A DNA stretch of 63,552 nucleotides, filler included, from Heterodontus francisci (taxonomy: Eukaryota), in NCBI RefSeq assembly GCF_036365525.1. It is 4 parts of 4 records of this genome, joined end to end, with 100 filler letters (N's around TTAATTAATTAA, not from the genome) between each part and the next. Parts side by side here need not be neighbours in the genome. Positions count along the whole stretch, not along the records: positions 1 to 26,264 come from NC_090411.1; 3 more parts are not named here. The stretch is one strand, 5' to 3'. The position numbers and the translations under genes are program-made. The notes beneath the pieces are model-generated. The model was not told the origin of the DNA. It did no database searches and was given only the letters and a program-made list of their open reading frames with translations. The stretch's first letter is position 1, and every line of letters starts with the position of its first letter. This document shows positions 1-14,467 of this stretch, in pieces.

Positions 1-1450
1 AACAAGACTTCCCTATTTTTAAACTTCAACCCCCGAGCAATAAAGGCCAAAATTCCATTTGCCTTCTTAATTACTTGCTGCACCTGCATGCTAACTCGTT
101 GTGTTTCATGTATAAGAACAGCCAGATCCCTCTTTACTGCATTTTTTTGGAGTATCTCGCCATTTAAATAGTCTGCCTTTTGATTCTTCCGACCAAAGTG
201 TATGACCTCTCACTTTCCTACATTAAACTCCATCTGCCAAGTTTTTGCCCACTCACTCAACCTATCTATATCCCCTTGCAGATTCCTTATGTCCTCATCA
301 CAACATGCCCTCCCACCTATTTTTGTATCTACAGCAAATTTGGATATATTACACCCTTTCCTCCAAGTCATTAATATAGATAATAAATAATTGAGGCCTA
401 GGACTGATCCTTGTGGCACGCCACTAGTTACATTTTTCCAACCTGAAAAAGACCCATTATCCCAACTCTCTGTCTTCTGTGAATTAACCAATCCTCAATC
501 CATGCTAATACATTACCCCCAATACTGTGAGCTCCTATCTTGTGCAATAATCTTTTTATGTGGCACCTTATCGAATGCCTTCTGGAAATCCAAATACACT
601 ACGTCTACCAGTTCCCCTTTATCAACTCTGCTTGTTATATCCTCAAAGAACTCGAGCAAATTTGTCAAACATGATTTCCCTTTCATAAAACCAGGATGAT
701 TCTGTTTGATTGCGTTAAGCTTTTCTAAATGTCCTGCTATTTCTTCCTTAATAATGGACTCTAGCATTTTCCCAATGGCTGATATTAGGCTGGCTGGCCC
801 TAGTTTGCTGCTTTTTGTCTCCCTCCCTTCTTGAACAGGGGCGCCACATTAGCGGTTTTCTAATCTGCTAGGACCCTCCAGGTATCCAGTGAGTTCTGGA
901 ATATTTCGACCAATGCCTCCACTATCTCTGCAGCCACTTCCTTTAAAACCCTTGGATGCAGGCCGTCAGGTCCTGGTGACTTATCTGCTTTTAGTCCCAT
1001 TAGTTTGTCAAATACTTTATTCCTCACGATAGAGAATGTAACAAGATCTTTCCTCCCATTAACTCCTTGCTTATCTGATATCGGTGAGATGTTTATAGTG
1101 TCCTCCAACATGAAGACCGAAGCAAAATATTAGTTTAAATTATCTACCATTTCCCTGTTCCCCGTTATCAATTCTCCAGTGGCATCCTCCAAGGGTCCCA
1201 CGCTCACTTGAGCTACTCTCCTTTTTATATACCCATTGAAGCTCTTGCTGTTGATTTTTATATTTCTTGCCAATTTACTCTCATAATCAATTTTCTCCCT
1301 CTTTATTAGTTTTTCAGTCATCCACTGCTGGTTCCTAAAAAAATTCCCAGTCCTCTGGCCTACCACTAGTTTTCGCTGCTTTGTATGCCTTAGTTTTTGA
1401 TTAGATACTCTCCTTGACCACCTTTGTTAACCATGGGTGGTTCATCCTTC
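1..1450 (-). mobile_element. CR1 LINE ORF2 (reverse transcriptase) fragment, decayed
   Basis: Minus-strand ORF pieces [66 protein letters not shown] are CR1-type RT motifs, broken by frameshifts. Confidence 0.95.
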
Positions 1451-1499
1451 TCATCGAGGTCTTTAACACTTTAATAGCTCCCAAATCTGTAGCTGTGGC

Positions 1500-2150
1500 T
1501 CTATGTTTGAACTTTTCAAATCTGGATTCTGTCCCTGAAATGGTCCGAACTCCATTCTTTTCTTTCCAATTGTAATCAGAGAATCTCCAGCAAATCCCAC
1601 CTCCAATTTATTGCCAGCCTATTCCCTGCTTCAGCTCATCTGTCACTGCAAACTTCTTCTATGCTTTTATCACCCCGACTCAACTATTCTAATCCTCTCC
1701 TGGCCCGCTTCCCATCCTCAACCTTACATTAACTTCAGATCATCAAAAACTCTACTCCCCGTATCTTATTCCACACCAAGACCCGCTCATGCATCAGCTC
1801 TGTCTTTGCGACCGACAATGGCTATTAGTCTCCCAGACTTAAAATTCTCATCCGTTGTTTAAATCCCTTCATGGCCTCACCCCTTGCTAACTCCATAACC
1901 TCCATCAGTCCTATAACCCTCTCCAGAACTCCCTGATCCTCTGACACTGTTCCTTCAGCTGTCCGGGCCACACACTCGGCAATTCTCTTTTAAAGCCTCT
2001 TCCCTATTCCACCCTCTCTTTCAAAACCCTCCTGTAAAACCCATCTCTTTGATCAAGCTTTTGCCCACCTCTCCAATATCTATCACCTCTTTGTTTTGCT
2101 ATCCATTTTTGTCTAATTAAATGTGCTACATGAATGCAAATTGTTGTTAC
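1500..2150 (+). mobile_element. L2-type LINE 3' end, decayed
   Basis: Resembles (opposite strand) the 18050-19490 element; ends in a tgctacatgaatgcaaattgttgtt tail of the L2/SINE type. Recognised by eye only. Confidence 0.55.
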
Positions 2151-2598
2151 TAGAAGGGCAGACGGACTGGCTACCACATCTCAATGCACTGGGATGCAAT
2201 TCACAAATCTTAACTACAATCCACACTTTTCTTCCTCTCTGTATCCTCACTGTGTTGAAGTGAAGACTCACTTTCTCAGTATTCCTCCATTTGCCCTGTC
2301 AGGACGGTATGAAATGAGACATCTAGGCATGCAGGGGGGGTTTACTAATTTTTGGTTTGATCAAAATTAGTGTTTTTTGGTGTTTCAGTATTTTTAAATT
2401 AAAATTTTTACAAATTCAGTATGAAACAAACTGGCAGAAAAGTGATGTGAATGTGATGAATGCCTTGGTCATGAGCTTCCTGCTACCAGACAGGATCTTT
2501 ATATAAGAGCGACATGCGCCATAACGGCAAGAATATTACACTGGTCTTCTGTGATTTTCAATACCTTCAACACAAATATCAATTTACAAATTGGGGGC

Positions 2599-5500
2599 AT
2601 AATGTATCTGTAAAGTATTTGAACAGGGACCCCTCGGTATAATGTATCTGTAAAGTATTTGAACAGGGACCCCTCGGTGTAATGTATCTGTAAAGTATTT
2701 GAACAGGGACCCCTCGGTATAATGTATCTGTAAAGTATTTGAACAGGGACCCCTCGGTATAATGTATCTGTAAAGTATTTGAACAGGGACCCCTCGGTAT
2801 AATGTATCTGTAAAGTATTTAAACAGGGACCCCTCGGTATAATGTATCTGTAAAGTATCTGAACAGGGACCCCTCGGTGTAATGTATCTGTAAAGTATTT
2901 GAACAGGGACCCCTCGGTATAATGTATCTGTAAAGTATCTGAACAGGGACCCCTCGGTGTAATGTATCTGTAAAGTATTTAAACAGGGACCCCTCGGTGT
3001 AATGTATCTGTAAAGTATTTAAACAGGGACCCCTCGGTATAATGTATCTGTAAAGTATTTAAACAGGGACCCCTCGGTATAATGTATCTGTAAAGTATCT
3101 GAACAGGGACCCCTCGGTGTAATGTATCTGTAAAGTATTTGAACAGGGACCCCTCGGTATAATGTATCTGTAAAGTATCTGAACAGGGACCCCTCGGTGT
3201 AATGTATCTGTAAAGTATTTGAACAGGGACCCCTCGGTGTAATGTATCTGTAAAGTATTTAAACAGGGACCCCTCGGTGTAATGTATCTGTAAAGTATTT
3301 GAACAGGGACCCCTCGGTATAATGTATCTGTAAAGTATCTGAACAGGGACCCCTCGGTGTAATGTATCTGTAAAGTATTTAAACAGGGACCCCTCGGTGT
3401 AATGTATCTGTAAAGTATTTGAACAGGGACCCCTCGGTATAATGTATCTGTAAAGTATCTGAACAGGGACCCCTCGGTATAATGTATCTGTAAAGTATTT
3501 GAACAGGGACCCCTCGGTATAATGTATCTGTAAAGTATCTGAACAGGGACCCCTCGGTGTAATGTATCTGTAAAGTATTTAAACAGGGACCCCTCGGTGT
3601 AATGTATCTGTAAAGTATTTGAACAGGGACCCCTCGGTATAATGTATCTGTAAAGTATCTGAACAGGGACCCCTCGGTGTAATGTATCTGTAAAGTATTT
3701 AAACAGGGACCCCTCGGTGTAATGTATCTGTAAAGTATTTGAACAGGGACCCCTCGGTATAATGTATCTGTAAAGTATTTAAACAGGGACCCCTCGGTGT
3801 AATGTATCTGTAAAGTATTTGAACAGGGACCCCTCGGTATAATGTATCTGTAAAGTATCTGAACAGGGACCCCTCGGTGTAATGTATCTGTAAAGTATTT
3901 AAACAGGGACCCCTCGGTGTAATGTATCTGTAAAGTATTTGAACAGGGACCCCTCGGTATAATGTATCTGTAAAGTATCTGAACAGGGACCCCTCGGTGT
4001 AATGTATCTGTAAAGTATTTGAACAGGGACCCCTCGGTGTAATGTATCTGTAAAGTATTTGAACAGGGACCCCTCGGTGTAATGTATCTGTAAAGTATTT
4101 GAACAGGGACCCCTCGGTATAATGTATCTGTAAAGTATCTGAACAGGGACCCCTCGGTGTAATGTATCTGTAAAGTATTTAAACAGGGACCCCTCGGTGT
4201 AATGTATCTGTAAAGTATCTGAACAGGGACCCCTCGGTATAATGTATCTGTAAAGTATCTGAACAGGGACCCCTCGGTATAATGTATCTGTAAAGTATTT
4301 GAACAGGGACCCCTCGGTATAATGTATCTGTAAAGTATTTAAACAGGGACCCCTCGGTATAATGTATCTGTAAAGTATCTGAACAGGGACCCCTCGGTGT
4401 AATGTATCTGTAAAGTATTTAAACAGGGACCCCTCGGTATAATGTATCTGTAAAGTATCTGAACAGGGACCCCTCGGTGTAATGTATCTGTAAAGTCTTT
4501 GAACAGGGACCCCTCGGTGTAATGTATCTGTAAAGTATTTGAACAGGGACCCCTCGGTGTAATGTATCTGTAAAGTATTTAAACAGGGACCCCTCGGTGT
4601 AAAGTACTTAAACAGGGACCCCTCGGTGTAATGTATCTGTAAAGTATTTGAACAGGGACCCCTCGGTGTAATGTATCTGTAAAGTATTTGAACAGGGACC
4701 CCTCGGTGTAATGTATCTGTAAAGTATTTAAACAGGGACCCCTCGGTGTAATGTATCTGTAAAGTATTTAAACAGGGACCCCTCGGTGTAAAGTACTTAA
4801 ACAGGGACCCCTCGGTGTAATGTATCTGTAAAGTATTTGAACAGGGACCCCTCGGTGTAATGTATCTGTAAAGTATTTAAACAGGGACCCCTCGGTGTAA
4901 TGTATCTGTAAAGTATCTGAACAGGGACCCCTCGGTGTAATGTATCTGTAAAGTATTTGAACAGGGACCCCTCGGTATAATGTATCTGTAAAGTATTTGA
5001 ACAGGGACCCCTCGGTGTAATGTATCTGTAAAGTATCTGAACAGGGACCCCTCGGTATAATGTATCTGTAAAGTATCTGAACAGGGACCCCTCGGTGTAA
5101 TGTATCTGTAAAGTATTTGAACAGGGACCCCTCGGTATAATGTATCTGTAAAGTATTTGAACAGGGACCCCTCGGTGTAATGTATCTGTAAAGTATTTGA
5201 ACAGGGACCCCTCGGTGTAATGTATCTGTAAAGTATTTGAACAGGGACCCCTCGGTGTAATGTATCTGTAAAGTATTTGAACAGGGACCCCTCGGTGTAA
5301 TGTATCTGTAAAGTATTTGAACAGGGACCCCTCGGTGTAATGTATCTGTAAAGTATTTGAACAGGGACCCCTCGGTATAATGTATCTGTAAAGTATTTGA
5401 ACAGGGACCCCTCGGTGTAATGTATCTGTAAAGTATTTGAACAGGGACCCCTCGGTGTAATGTATCTGTAAAGTATTTGAACAGGGACCCCTCGGTATAA

Positions 5501-8500
5501 TGTATCTGTAAAGTATTTGAACAGGGACCCCTCGGTGTAATGTATCTGTAAAGTATTTAAACAGGGACCCCTCGGTGTAATGTATCTATAAAGTATTTGA
5601 ACAGGGACCCCTCGGTATAATGTATCTGTAAAGTATTTGAACAGGGACCCCTCGGTGTAATGTATCTGTAAAGTATTTGAACAGGGACCCCTCGGCGTAA
5701 TGTATCTGTAAAGTATTTGAACAGGGACCCCTCGGTATAATGTATCTGTAAAGTATCTGAACAGGGATCCCTCGGTATAATGTATCTGTAAAGTATTTGA
5801 ACAGGGACCCCTCGGTGTAATGTATCTATAAAGTATTTGAACAGGGACCCCTCGGTATAATGTATCTGTAAAGTATCTGAACAGGGATCCCTCGGTATAA
5901 TGTATCTGTAAAGTATTTGAACAGGGACCCCTCGGTGTAATGTATCTGTAAAGTATTTGAACAGGGACCCCTCGGTGTAATGTATCTGTAAAGTATTTGA
6001 ACAGGGACCCCTCGGTATAATGTATCTGTAAAGTATCTGAACAGGGATCCCTCGGTGTAATGTATCTGTAAAGTATTTGAACAGGGACCCCTCGGTGTAA
6101 TGTATCTGTAAAGTATCTGAACAGGGACCCCTCGGTGTAAAGTACTTAAACAGGGACCCCTCGGTGTAATGTATCTGTAAAGTATTTGAACAGGGACCCC
6201 TCGGTGTAATGTATCTGTAAAGTATTTAAACAGGGACCCCTCGGTGTAATGTATCTGTAAAGTATTTGAACAGGGACCCCTCGGTGTAATGTATCTGTAA
6301 AGTATTTGAACAGGGACCCCTCGGTATAATGTATCTGTAAAGTATTTGAACAGGGACCCCTCGGCGTAATGTATCTGTAAAGTATTTAAACAGGGACCCC
6401 TCGGTGTAATGTATCTGTAAAGTATTTAAACAGGGACCCCTCGGTGTAAAGTACTTAAACAGGGACCCCTCGGTGTAATGTATCTGTAAAGTATTTGAAC
6501 AGGGACCCCTCGGTGTAATGTATCTGTAAAGTATTTGAACAGGGACCCCTCGGTGTAATGTATCTGTAAAGTATCTGAACAGGGACCCCTCGGTGTAATG
6601 TATCTGTAAAGTATTTGAACAGGGACCCCTCGGTGTAATGTATCTGTAAAGTATCTGAACAGGGACCCCTCGGTATAATGTATCTGTAAAGTATCTGAAC
6701 AGGGACCCCTCGGTGTAATGTATCTGTAAAGTATTTGAACAGGGACCCCTCGGTGTAATGTATCTGTAAAGTATCTGAACAGGGACCCCTCGGTGTAATG
6801 TATCTGTAAAGTATCTGAACAGGGACCCCTCGGTGTAATGTATCTGTAAAGTATCTGAACAGGGACCCCTCGGTGTAATGTATCTGTAAAGTATTTGAAC
6901 AGGGACCCCTCGGTGTAATGTATCTGTAAAGTATTTGAACAGGGACCCCTCGGTGTAATGTATCTGTAAAGTATTTGAACAGGGACCCCTCGGTATAATG
7001 TATCTGTAAAGTATTTGAACAGGGACCCCTCGGCGTAATGTATCTGTAAAGTATTTAAACAGGGACCCCTCGGTGTAATGTATCTGTAAAGTATTTAAAC
7101 AGGGACCCCTCGGTGTAATGTATCTGTAAAGTATTTGAACAGGGACCCCTCGGTGTAATGTATCTGTAAAGTATTTGAACAGGGACCCCTCGGTGTAATG
7201 TATCTGTAAAGTATCTGAACAGGGACCCCTCGGTATAATGTATCTGTAAAGTATTTGAACAGGGACCCCTCGGTGTAATGTATCTGTAAAGTATCTGAAC
7301 AGGGACCCCTCGGTATAATGTATCTGTAAAGTATTTGAACAGGGACCCCTCGGTGTAATGTATCTGTAAAGTATTTGAACAGGGACCCCTCGGTGTAATG
7401 TATCTGTAAAGTATTTGAACAGGGACCCCTCGGTGTAATGTATCTGTAAAGTATTTGAACAGGGACCCCTCGGTATAATGTATCTGTAAAGTATTTGAAC
7501 AGGGACCCCTCGGCGTAATGTATCTGTAAAGTATTTAAACAGGGACCCCTCGGTGTAATGTATCTGTAAAGTATTTAAACAGGGACCCCTCGGTGTAATG
7601 TATCTATAAAGTATTTGAACAGGGACCCCTCGGTGTAATGTATCTATAAAGTATTTGAACAGGGACCCCTCGGTGTAATGTATCTATAAAGTATTTGAAC
7701 AGGGACCCCTCGGTGTAATGTATCTGTAAAGTATTTGAACAGGGACCCCTCGGTATAATGTATCTGTAAAGTATTTGAACAGGGACCCCTCGGCGTAATG
7801 TATCTGTAAAGTATTTAAACAGGGACCCCTCGGTGTAATGTATCTGTAAAGTATTTAAACAGGGACCCCTCGGTGTAATGTATCTATAAAGTATTTGAAC
7901 AGGGACCCCTCGGTGTAATGTATCTGTAAAGTATTTGAACAGGGACCCCTCGGTGTAATGTATCTGTAAAGTATTTGAACAGGGACCCCTCGGTGTAATG
8001 TATCTATAAAGTATTTGAACAGGGACCCCTCGGTGTAATGTATCTGTAAAGTATTTGAACAGGGACCCCTCGGTATAATGTATCTGTAAAGTATCTGAAC
8101 AGGGACCCCTCGGTGTAATGTATCTGTAAAGTATTTGAACAGGGACCCCTTGGTATAATGTATCTGTAAAGTATCTGAACAGGGACCCCTCGGTGTAATG
8201 TATCTGTAAAGTATCTGAACAGGGATCCCTCGGTATAATGTATCTGTAAAGTATTTGAACAGGGATCCCTCGGTATAATGTATCTGTAAAGTATTTGAAC
8301 AGGGACCCCTCGGTGTAATGTATCTGTAAAGTATCTGAACAGGGATCCCTCGGTATAATGTATCTGTAAAGTATTTGAACAGGGACCCCTCGGTGTAATG
8401 TATCTGTAAAGTATTTGAACAGGGACCCCTTGGTATAATGTATCTGTAAAGTATCTGAACAGGGACCCCTCGGTATAATGTATCTGTAAAGTATTTAAAC

Positions 8501-9915
8501 AGGGACCCCTCGGTGTAATGTATCTGTAAAGTATTTGAACAGGGACCCCTCGGTATAATGTATCTGTAAAGTATCTGAACAGGGACCCCTCGGTGTAATG
8601 TATCTGTAAAGTATTTAAACAGGGACCCCTCGGTGTAATGTATCTGTAAAGTATTTAAACAGGGACCCCTCGGTGTAATGTATCTGTAAAGTATTTAAAC
8701 AGGGACCCCTCGGTGTAAAGTACTTAAACAGGGACCCCTCGGTGTAATGTATCTGTAAAGTATTTGAACAGGGACCCCTCGGTATAATGTATCTGTAAAG
8801 TATTTAAACAGGGACCCCTCGGTGTAATGTATCTATAAAGTATTTGAACAGGGACCCCTCGGTGTAATGTATCTGTAAAGTATCTGAACAGGGACCCCTC
8901 GGTATAATGTATCTGTAAAGTATTTGAACAGGGACCCCTCGGTGTAATGTATCTGTAAAGTATTTGAACAGGGACCCCTCGGTGTAATGTATCTGTAAAG
9001 TATCTGAACAGGGACCCCTCGGTATAATGTATCTGTAAAGTATTTGAACAGGGACCCCTCGGTGTAATGTATCTGTAAAGTATTTGAACAGGGACCCCTC
9101 GGTGTAATGTATCTGTAAAGTATTTGAACAGGGACCCCTCGGTGTAATGTATCTGTAAAGTATTTGAACAGGGACCCCTCGGTATAATGTATCTGTAAAG
9201 TATTTGAACAGGGACCCCTCGGCGTAATGTATCTGTAAAGTATTTAAACAGGGACCCCTCGGTGTAATGTATCTGTAAAGTATTTAAACAGGGACCCCTC
9301 GGTGTAATGTATCTATAAAGTATTTGAACAGGGACCCCTCGGTGTAATGTATCTGTAAAGTATTTGAACAGGGACCCCTCGGTGTAATGTATCTATAAAG
9401 TATTTGAACAGGGACCCCTCGGTATAATGTATCTGTAAAGTATCTGAACAGGGATCCCTCGGTATAATGTATCTGTAAAGTATTTGAACAGGGACCCCTC
9501 GGTGTAATGTATCTGTAAAGTATTTGAACAGGGACCCCTCCGTGTAATGTATCTGTAAAGTATTTGAACAGGGATCCCTCGGTATAATGTATCTGTAAAG
9601 TATTTGAACATGGACCCCTCGGTGTAATGTATCTGTAAAGTATTTGAACAGGGACCCCTCGGTGTAATGTATCTGTAAAGTATCTGAACAAGGACCCCTC
9701 AGCGTAATGTATCTGTAAAGTATTTGAACAGGGATCCCTCAGCGTAATGTATCTGTAAAGTATTTGAACAGGGACCCCTCCGCGTAATGTATCTGTAAAG
9801 TATTTGAACAGGGACCCCTCGGTATAATGTATCTGTAAAGTATTTGAACAGGGACCCCTCGGTATAATGTATTTGTAAAGTATTTGAACAGGGAACTCCA
9901 TGTATAATGTATTTG
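2599..9915. repeat. 40-bp tandem satellite, about 180 copies
   Basis: Unit aatgtatctgtaaagtat(t/c)t(g/a)aacagggacccctcggt(g/a)t repeated head to tail over 7.3 kb. Confidence 0.99.
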
Positions 9916-10029
9916 GGCAGTATATGATGGAGTGGAAGCTACGACCTAATCTATCTCCGCACGTCTCTGTGTATCGTATGTGTATGTACCTTTACACAGT
10001 ATTATGAGCAGTGATGCCGCTCCCTGCTG

Positions 10030-10630
10030 TGAAACAACCATTTATTTTAAGTGGTAACATGGTGCTTGAACAATGAGCTGGTACACTGGTTTTGGGTGAT
10101 TAGCAACCCGATGCTGGGCCAGTTGGCTTGGGAGAAGACGCTACTGTTGGACAGCCTTTCTTGCCACCGGATTTGGAGGATCTTGCGGAGGTTTCTCTGC
10201 TGGTACTTCTCCAGTGCTATGAGGTACCTGCTGTAGGTTGTCCAAGTCTCCAAAGCATATAGGAGCGCAGGGATCTCTATTATCTGGTCAACCATAATCT
10301 TTGTCTCGGGTTTGAGATCCTGATCCTCAAATACTCTCTTCCTCAGTCGGCTGAAGGCTGAGCTGGCACATTGGAGGCAATGATGAACCTCATCATCTAC
10401 GTCTGCCTTCGCTGAGAGGAGGCTCCCAAGATATGGAAAATGGTCACATTTTCCGCAATCTCATCATTGATCTTGATTGATGGGGGAGGTGTTGCGCTGT
10501 GGGAGTTGGTTAGAAGAGGACCTTCGTTTGCCGAGTGTTTAGTGAAAGACCTTTTTCTCACATGCTTCGGGGAAGGTGCTAATCACCCAAAACCAGCTCT
10601 GCTGGGCAGGGTTTGTTGTTCCCACGCCTG
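10030..10630 (-). mobile_element. RTE-clade LINE ORF fragment
   Basis: ORF 10047-10295: PALLYALETWT...RNLRKILQIRWQERLSN, typical of the RTE post-RT region. Confidence 0.8.
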
Positions 10631-10699
10631 ACACCAGACTCCCAAAGTAGCTGTTCTACTCAGAACCTGGTTGTGACAGGAGACTCCCAGGATGACAGT

Positions 10700-11060
10700 G
10701 GAAATGCTTTAGTGAAGCGATGTCCTCAAAACATCACTGAAGAGATCAAACATTCCCGTCGACTTGTGGACGCCCCTGGCTTGTGACCATCCTAGATGGA
10801 GAAAGTTCATTTGAAAAGGCATCGTACACCTTGAGGACTTTGTTGGGAATAAGCAGAGACAAAGTCAAGGCATTGGAGAGAGTACACAAACTCCCAAACT
10901 ACTCATCTACCTGACCCTTCAGGCACCACCTGCCTCTCATGTGGCAGAGACTGCAGATCACACATTGGACTTACTAGACATTTCAGAACCCACTGAACCA
11001 GAGTAAAAGGAAGTCATCCTCCATCCCAAGGGACTGCCTAAGAAGAAGGGATGATGATGG
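10700..11060 (+). mobile_element. RTE-clade LINE 3' end
   Basis: Plus-strand translation near 10930-10995 gives CLSCGRDCRSHIGLTRHFRTH (C-terminal zinc finger), followed by an aagaagaag/atgatgatg short-repeat tail. Confidence 0.65.
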
Positions 11061-11714
11061 TGTAGGAATGTGCTGAGGGAAAGGTGAGCCAGTGTCTCCA
11101 GATATGACTTACACACTTTTCAATTCATCATTACAAACTGCCCAATGCAGACAAAAGAGTCATTTTTTCCTTTATTTTGGGGTTAAAGTGAGGGGATTTC
11201 CAAACAATTTAGGATATTTCTTTCTATTGTTTCCAGAGTCAATATGAAGCATTCCCACAGCATCAATACATCAGCAGAGATCAATGGAATTGAGAACTCG
11301 TCTTATACACTGGTGTGACACACATTCTCCTGTCACTACTGGATCAGCACTAGTTTTGTGATGTTGCTTATGTGCAGTAGGCTCCAGGTGAAGTCTCTGC
11401 CCCAAACTAATTCAAAGGGCGTAGACCCACAATATTGACAATCAGGGAGAAATAAACAGTCCCATTCAACCTCACTGGGAAGCCTGATAGTTGCAAAGGT
11501 TGCTTCAGTGGCTCATATACTCACAATCTGAGGTCAGCTTAATTTCCACAAGATACTGGAGATGAAACAAGTCTTTCTGTCTCATTCACTCAGCCATCAA
11601 TGTTTCCATTTCCACTTTCCCCTTCACTTCTAAGCATTGTCTTTCATTCTCATTCTTCATCTCACTGCCTTTTAATCTTCATCATTCCCATCTTTTCCTT
11701 CAACTTTTTTTGTA

Positions 11715-12115
11715 TTCGTTCTTGGGATGTGAGCATTGTTGACAAGGACAGAATTTATTGCCCATCCCAAATTGCCCTTGAGAAGGTGGTGGTGAGCTGC
11801 TTTCTTGAACTGCTGCAGTCAGTGTGATGTAGGCACACTCACAGTGTTATTAGGAAGGGAGTTCCAGGATTTTGACCCAGTGACAGTGAAGGAACAGTAA
11901 GGTTGGTGTGTGACTTGAAAGGCAACTTGCAGGTGGTGGTGTTCCCATGTGTCTGCTGCCTTTGTTCTTCTAAGTGGTAGGGGTCATGGGGTTGGGTGGT
12001 ACTGCTGAAGAAGCCTTGGTGAGTTGCTGCAAGGCATCTTGTAGATGGTACACACTGCTGCCACTGTGCGCCAGTGGTGGAGGGAGTGAATGATGGTAGA
12101 TGGATTGACAATTAT
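11715..12115 (-). mobile_element. LINE (CR1-like) 3' fragment
   Basis: Decayed ORF remnants (AVCTIYKM/TTCK/KSWNSLP-like in mixed frames) resembling a common fish/shark LINE tail. Confidence 0.55.
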
Positions 12116-14179
12116 CAATTCCCCTCACTAAATGTACCAAATAAACACATCTCCAATCACCAGATGTCACTACTCGTCCCAGCTCCCATCACTAATTACC
12201 ATCAGTAAATACATCTTAATCTCTCTTGATGTTTCTTGTAAACAAAGTTTCTTTTCATTACTCCAGTAGCCACAGCTCACTTTACCCAATATCACTAGTA
12301 AACACGTCCACCATACTAGATGGAAAGAACAAACTTAAATTTATAGTGCCTTTCACATCCTCAAGAAGTCCCATTTGCAGCCAATGAAATGCTATCTCTT
12401 TGAAGAGTAGTCATTATTGTAACGTAGGAAAAGCAGCAGCCAATTTGCACACAGCAAGATCACACACAGCAATGAAATAAATGACCAAATCATGTTGTTT
12501 TTAGGGACACTGAATAGTGCCACAGAATTTTTTTCACACTGTTAGTATATCACTGGTAATCACTATATGCCACAAATAATCACAGGTCCATTCACTAGAC
12601 CGTTTGTTGCTCATTTCAGCTTCCAGTAACCCAGCACCTCCACCTTTCTTCCCTTGAAATCAGACATGTATTTTTCTCAAAGCAGAAACACTGAAGGACA
12701 GTCACTTTGGGCCTTGATCTGGAAAATTATTCAACAACTGAGACAGCAGTCTCTGATCTGAAGTGCATCCAATAAAACAATGAGGGATTGGCGCTAAGAG
12801 GTTCACAATGTCAACCTGATTACTGGGCACCAAACAGAAAGGTTCGCACTCTGTGCCACATTCCCCCCCTCAACATAGCATCTGCAGGAACTGTGATTCC
12901 GCTCTGAATGCTGTTTCTCACTACTCTCTCACACCAATCACTATAAATGCATTCTAGTGGTACAAAATCAAACTGATGTCAGTTTCTATGGCGAGTCTCA
13001 GGCTTCCCACCTCCCAACCCCAGACTGTGATCCTAATCAAGCAAATCCAAACCTTTGCCTCTCACAGATGGGATAACACCGCAGAACTAACCAGTGTGTG
13101 CCAAAATCCTACAAAACACTGAACAAAACTCCAATTTTACTTCAGAACATTAGGAAAGCCTTGTTGTTATGATCGCAACAAAAATTGTTGCACAGACACA
13201 GGGGCTCATGTGTGAGCTTTATGAGACTGTGTCCAGTGAGCATTACAAAGGAAACACACCTTCTGTAAAAAGAGAGTAGCAATGAAGGATAAGCCGTATT
13301 GTTTATCATCTCTGACGGTCTGTCCTGTGCAGTATGACCATTAGCAAACTTTCATACATGTGCTTTTCAATTTTACTGAACCAAATAATGCTAAGGGGGA
13401 AAAATTGTGGTTCCAAACCAAACAATCAGAATATGCATTACTGTTCTCTACTGCTCATTACATCTGGGGAGAAGGGATATGCTTACAAATCACTCGGTGA
13501 AGATGGTGAATTACTGTGAATATTGTACTGGCTCATTGGTGATTTGCCAATACACAGAATGGATTTTGTCAGTGTTGGGGTTTCCCTGCAATACAACAGC
13601 AGCTGTATTATAGAAAGTAACTCAGTTTATATGAAATACTCTGAGATCTCTCCAGACAATAGATTGCGATAGGAATGCTCCGACTGCCAGTATTTATTTT
13701 TCAAACAATCAGCCTGAGTGCAGAAGCTGCACAAAGACCTTCAGATTGTCAGAGTGGATCCCATGCACTCTCTCCTTTCCTCAGTTCCTCTCCCTCACAC
13801 CAAAGATCTGTCCCTCACCTGGATAAAGAAAAACAAGTCCCTAAATTACCGGGCTCTAAGGGTGGACCCAGGGGGTGGAGAAGTGGCCGTGATGAGCTCT
13901 TGTTGTTTAGGGGCCAAGCCCCCTCTATTCTCCCAGTGTTTATCTGGCGCGGATTCCTTGTTGTTCATTGGCAGACGGGGGCGGTGGGACCCCCATCACC
14001 GTTGCCCACGGTAACGATGCCCCCCAGATTCGAGGGCATTGTTGCCAAGGCGACACCGTGTTGGCATGTGGGCAGAATCCTGCTCCTCACTCAGGATCCA
14101 GAACCAGGGGAGATTTTACACATTTCCAGGCCTCAGGCCCAGGGCTTGGCCTTTCCTCTTCATCCCCCACCTAAACCCG

Positions 14180-14465
14180 CCAGGACCAGGGCCCAGGCCG
14201 CAAAGCCTCGGGCTCTCCAGTCCCTCCGCCCGGAAGCACAGTCTAGGCCGTATAGAGCTGGCATCGAGCAGCCAATGAGCCCGGGCCGAGCTCAAGAAGA
14301 CGACCAATTTGCAGAAGGCATTGGAGCCACGGAGAGGCGAGGCCGCGGGAGGCGGTGGCGGGACTTACCGAACGAAAGAAGCCGGATCCGGGGCCACGGC
14401 GGAGACACGGTCACAAAATGGCGGCGAGTCCGCGGAGAGTGCTAAACCGCGCCGCCTGCGGCCAC
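14180..14465 (-). promoter_or_regulatory. CpG-island promoter-like region with YY1 site and candidate first-exon splice donor
   Basis: High CpG density; canonical YY1 motif CAAAATGGCGGC at 14414-14425; minus-strand G|GTAAGT donor at 14363-14369; CCAAT at about 14272. Confidence 0.55.
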
Positions 14466-14467
14466 AC

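Noticed and set aside
2599-9915. CRISPR-like array (regular repeats with an internal palindrome)
   Set aside because: No unique spacers, no cas genes and a vertebrate context; it is a plain satellite.
12611-12990. Possible decayed Ig/TCR constant exon (acceptor then SSNPAPPPFFP, TVTLG)
   Set aside because: Early stop and no conserved Cys/Trp pattern in any frame; similarity too weak.
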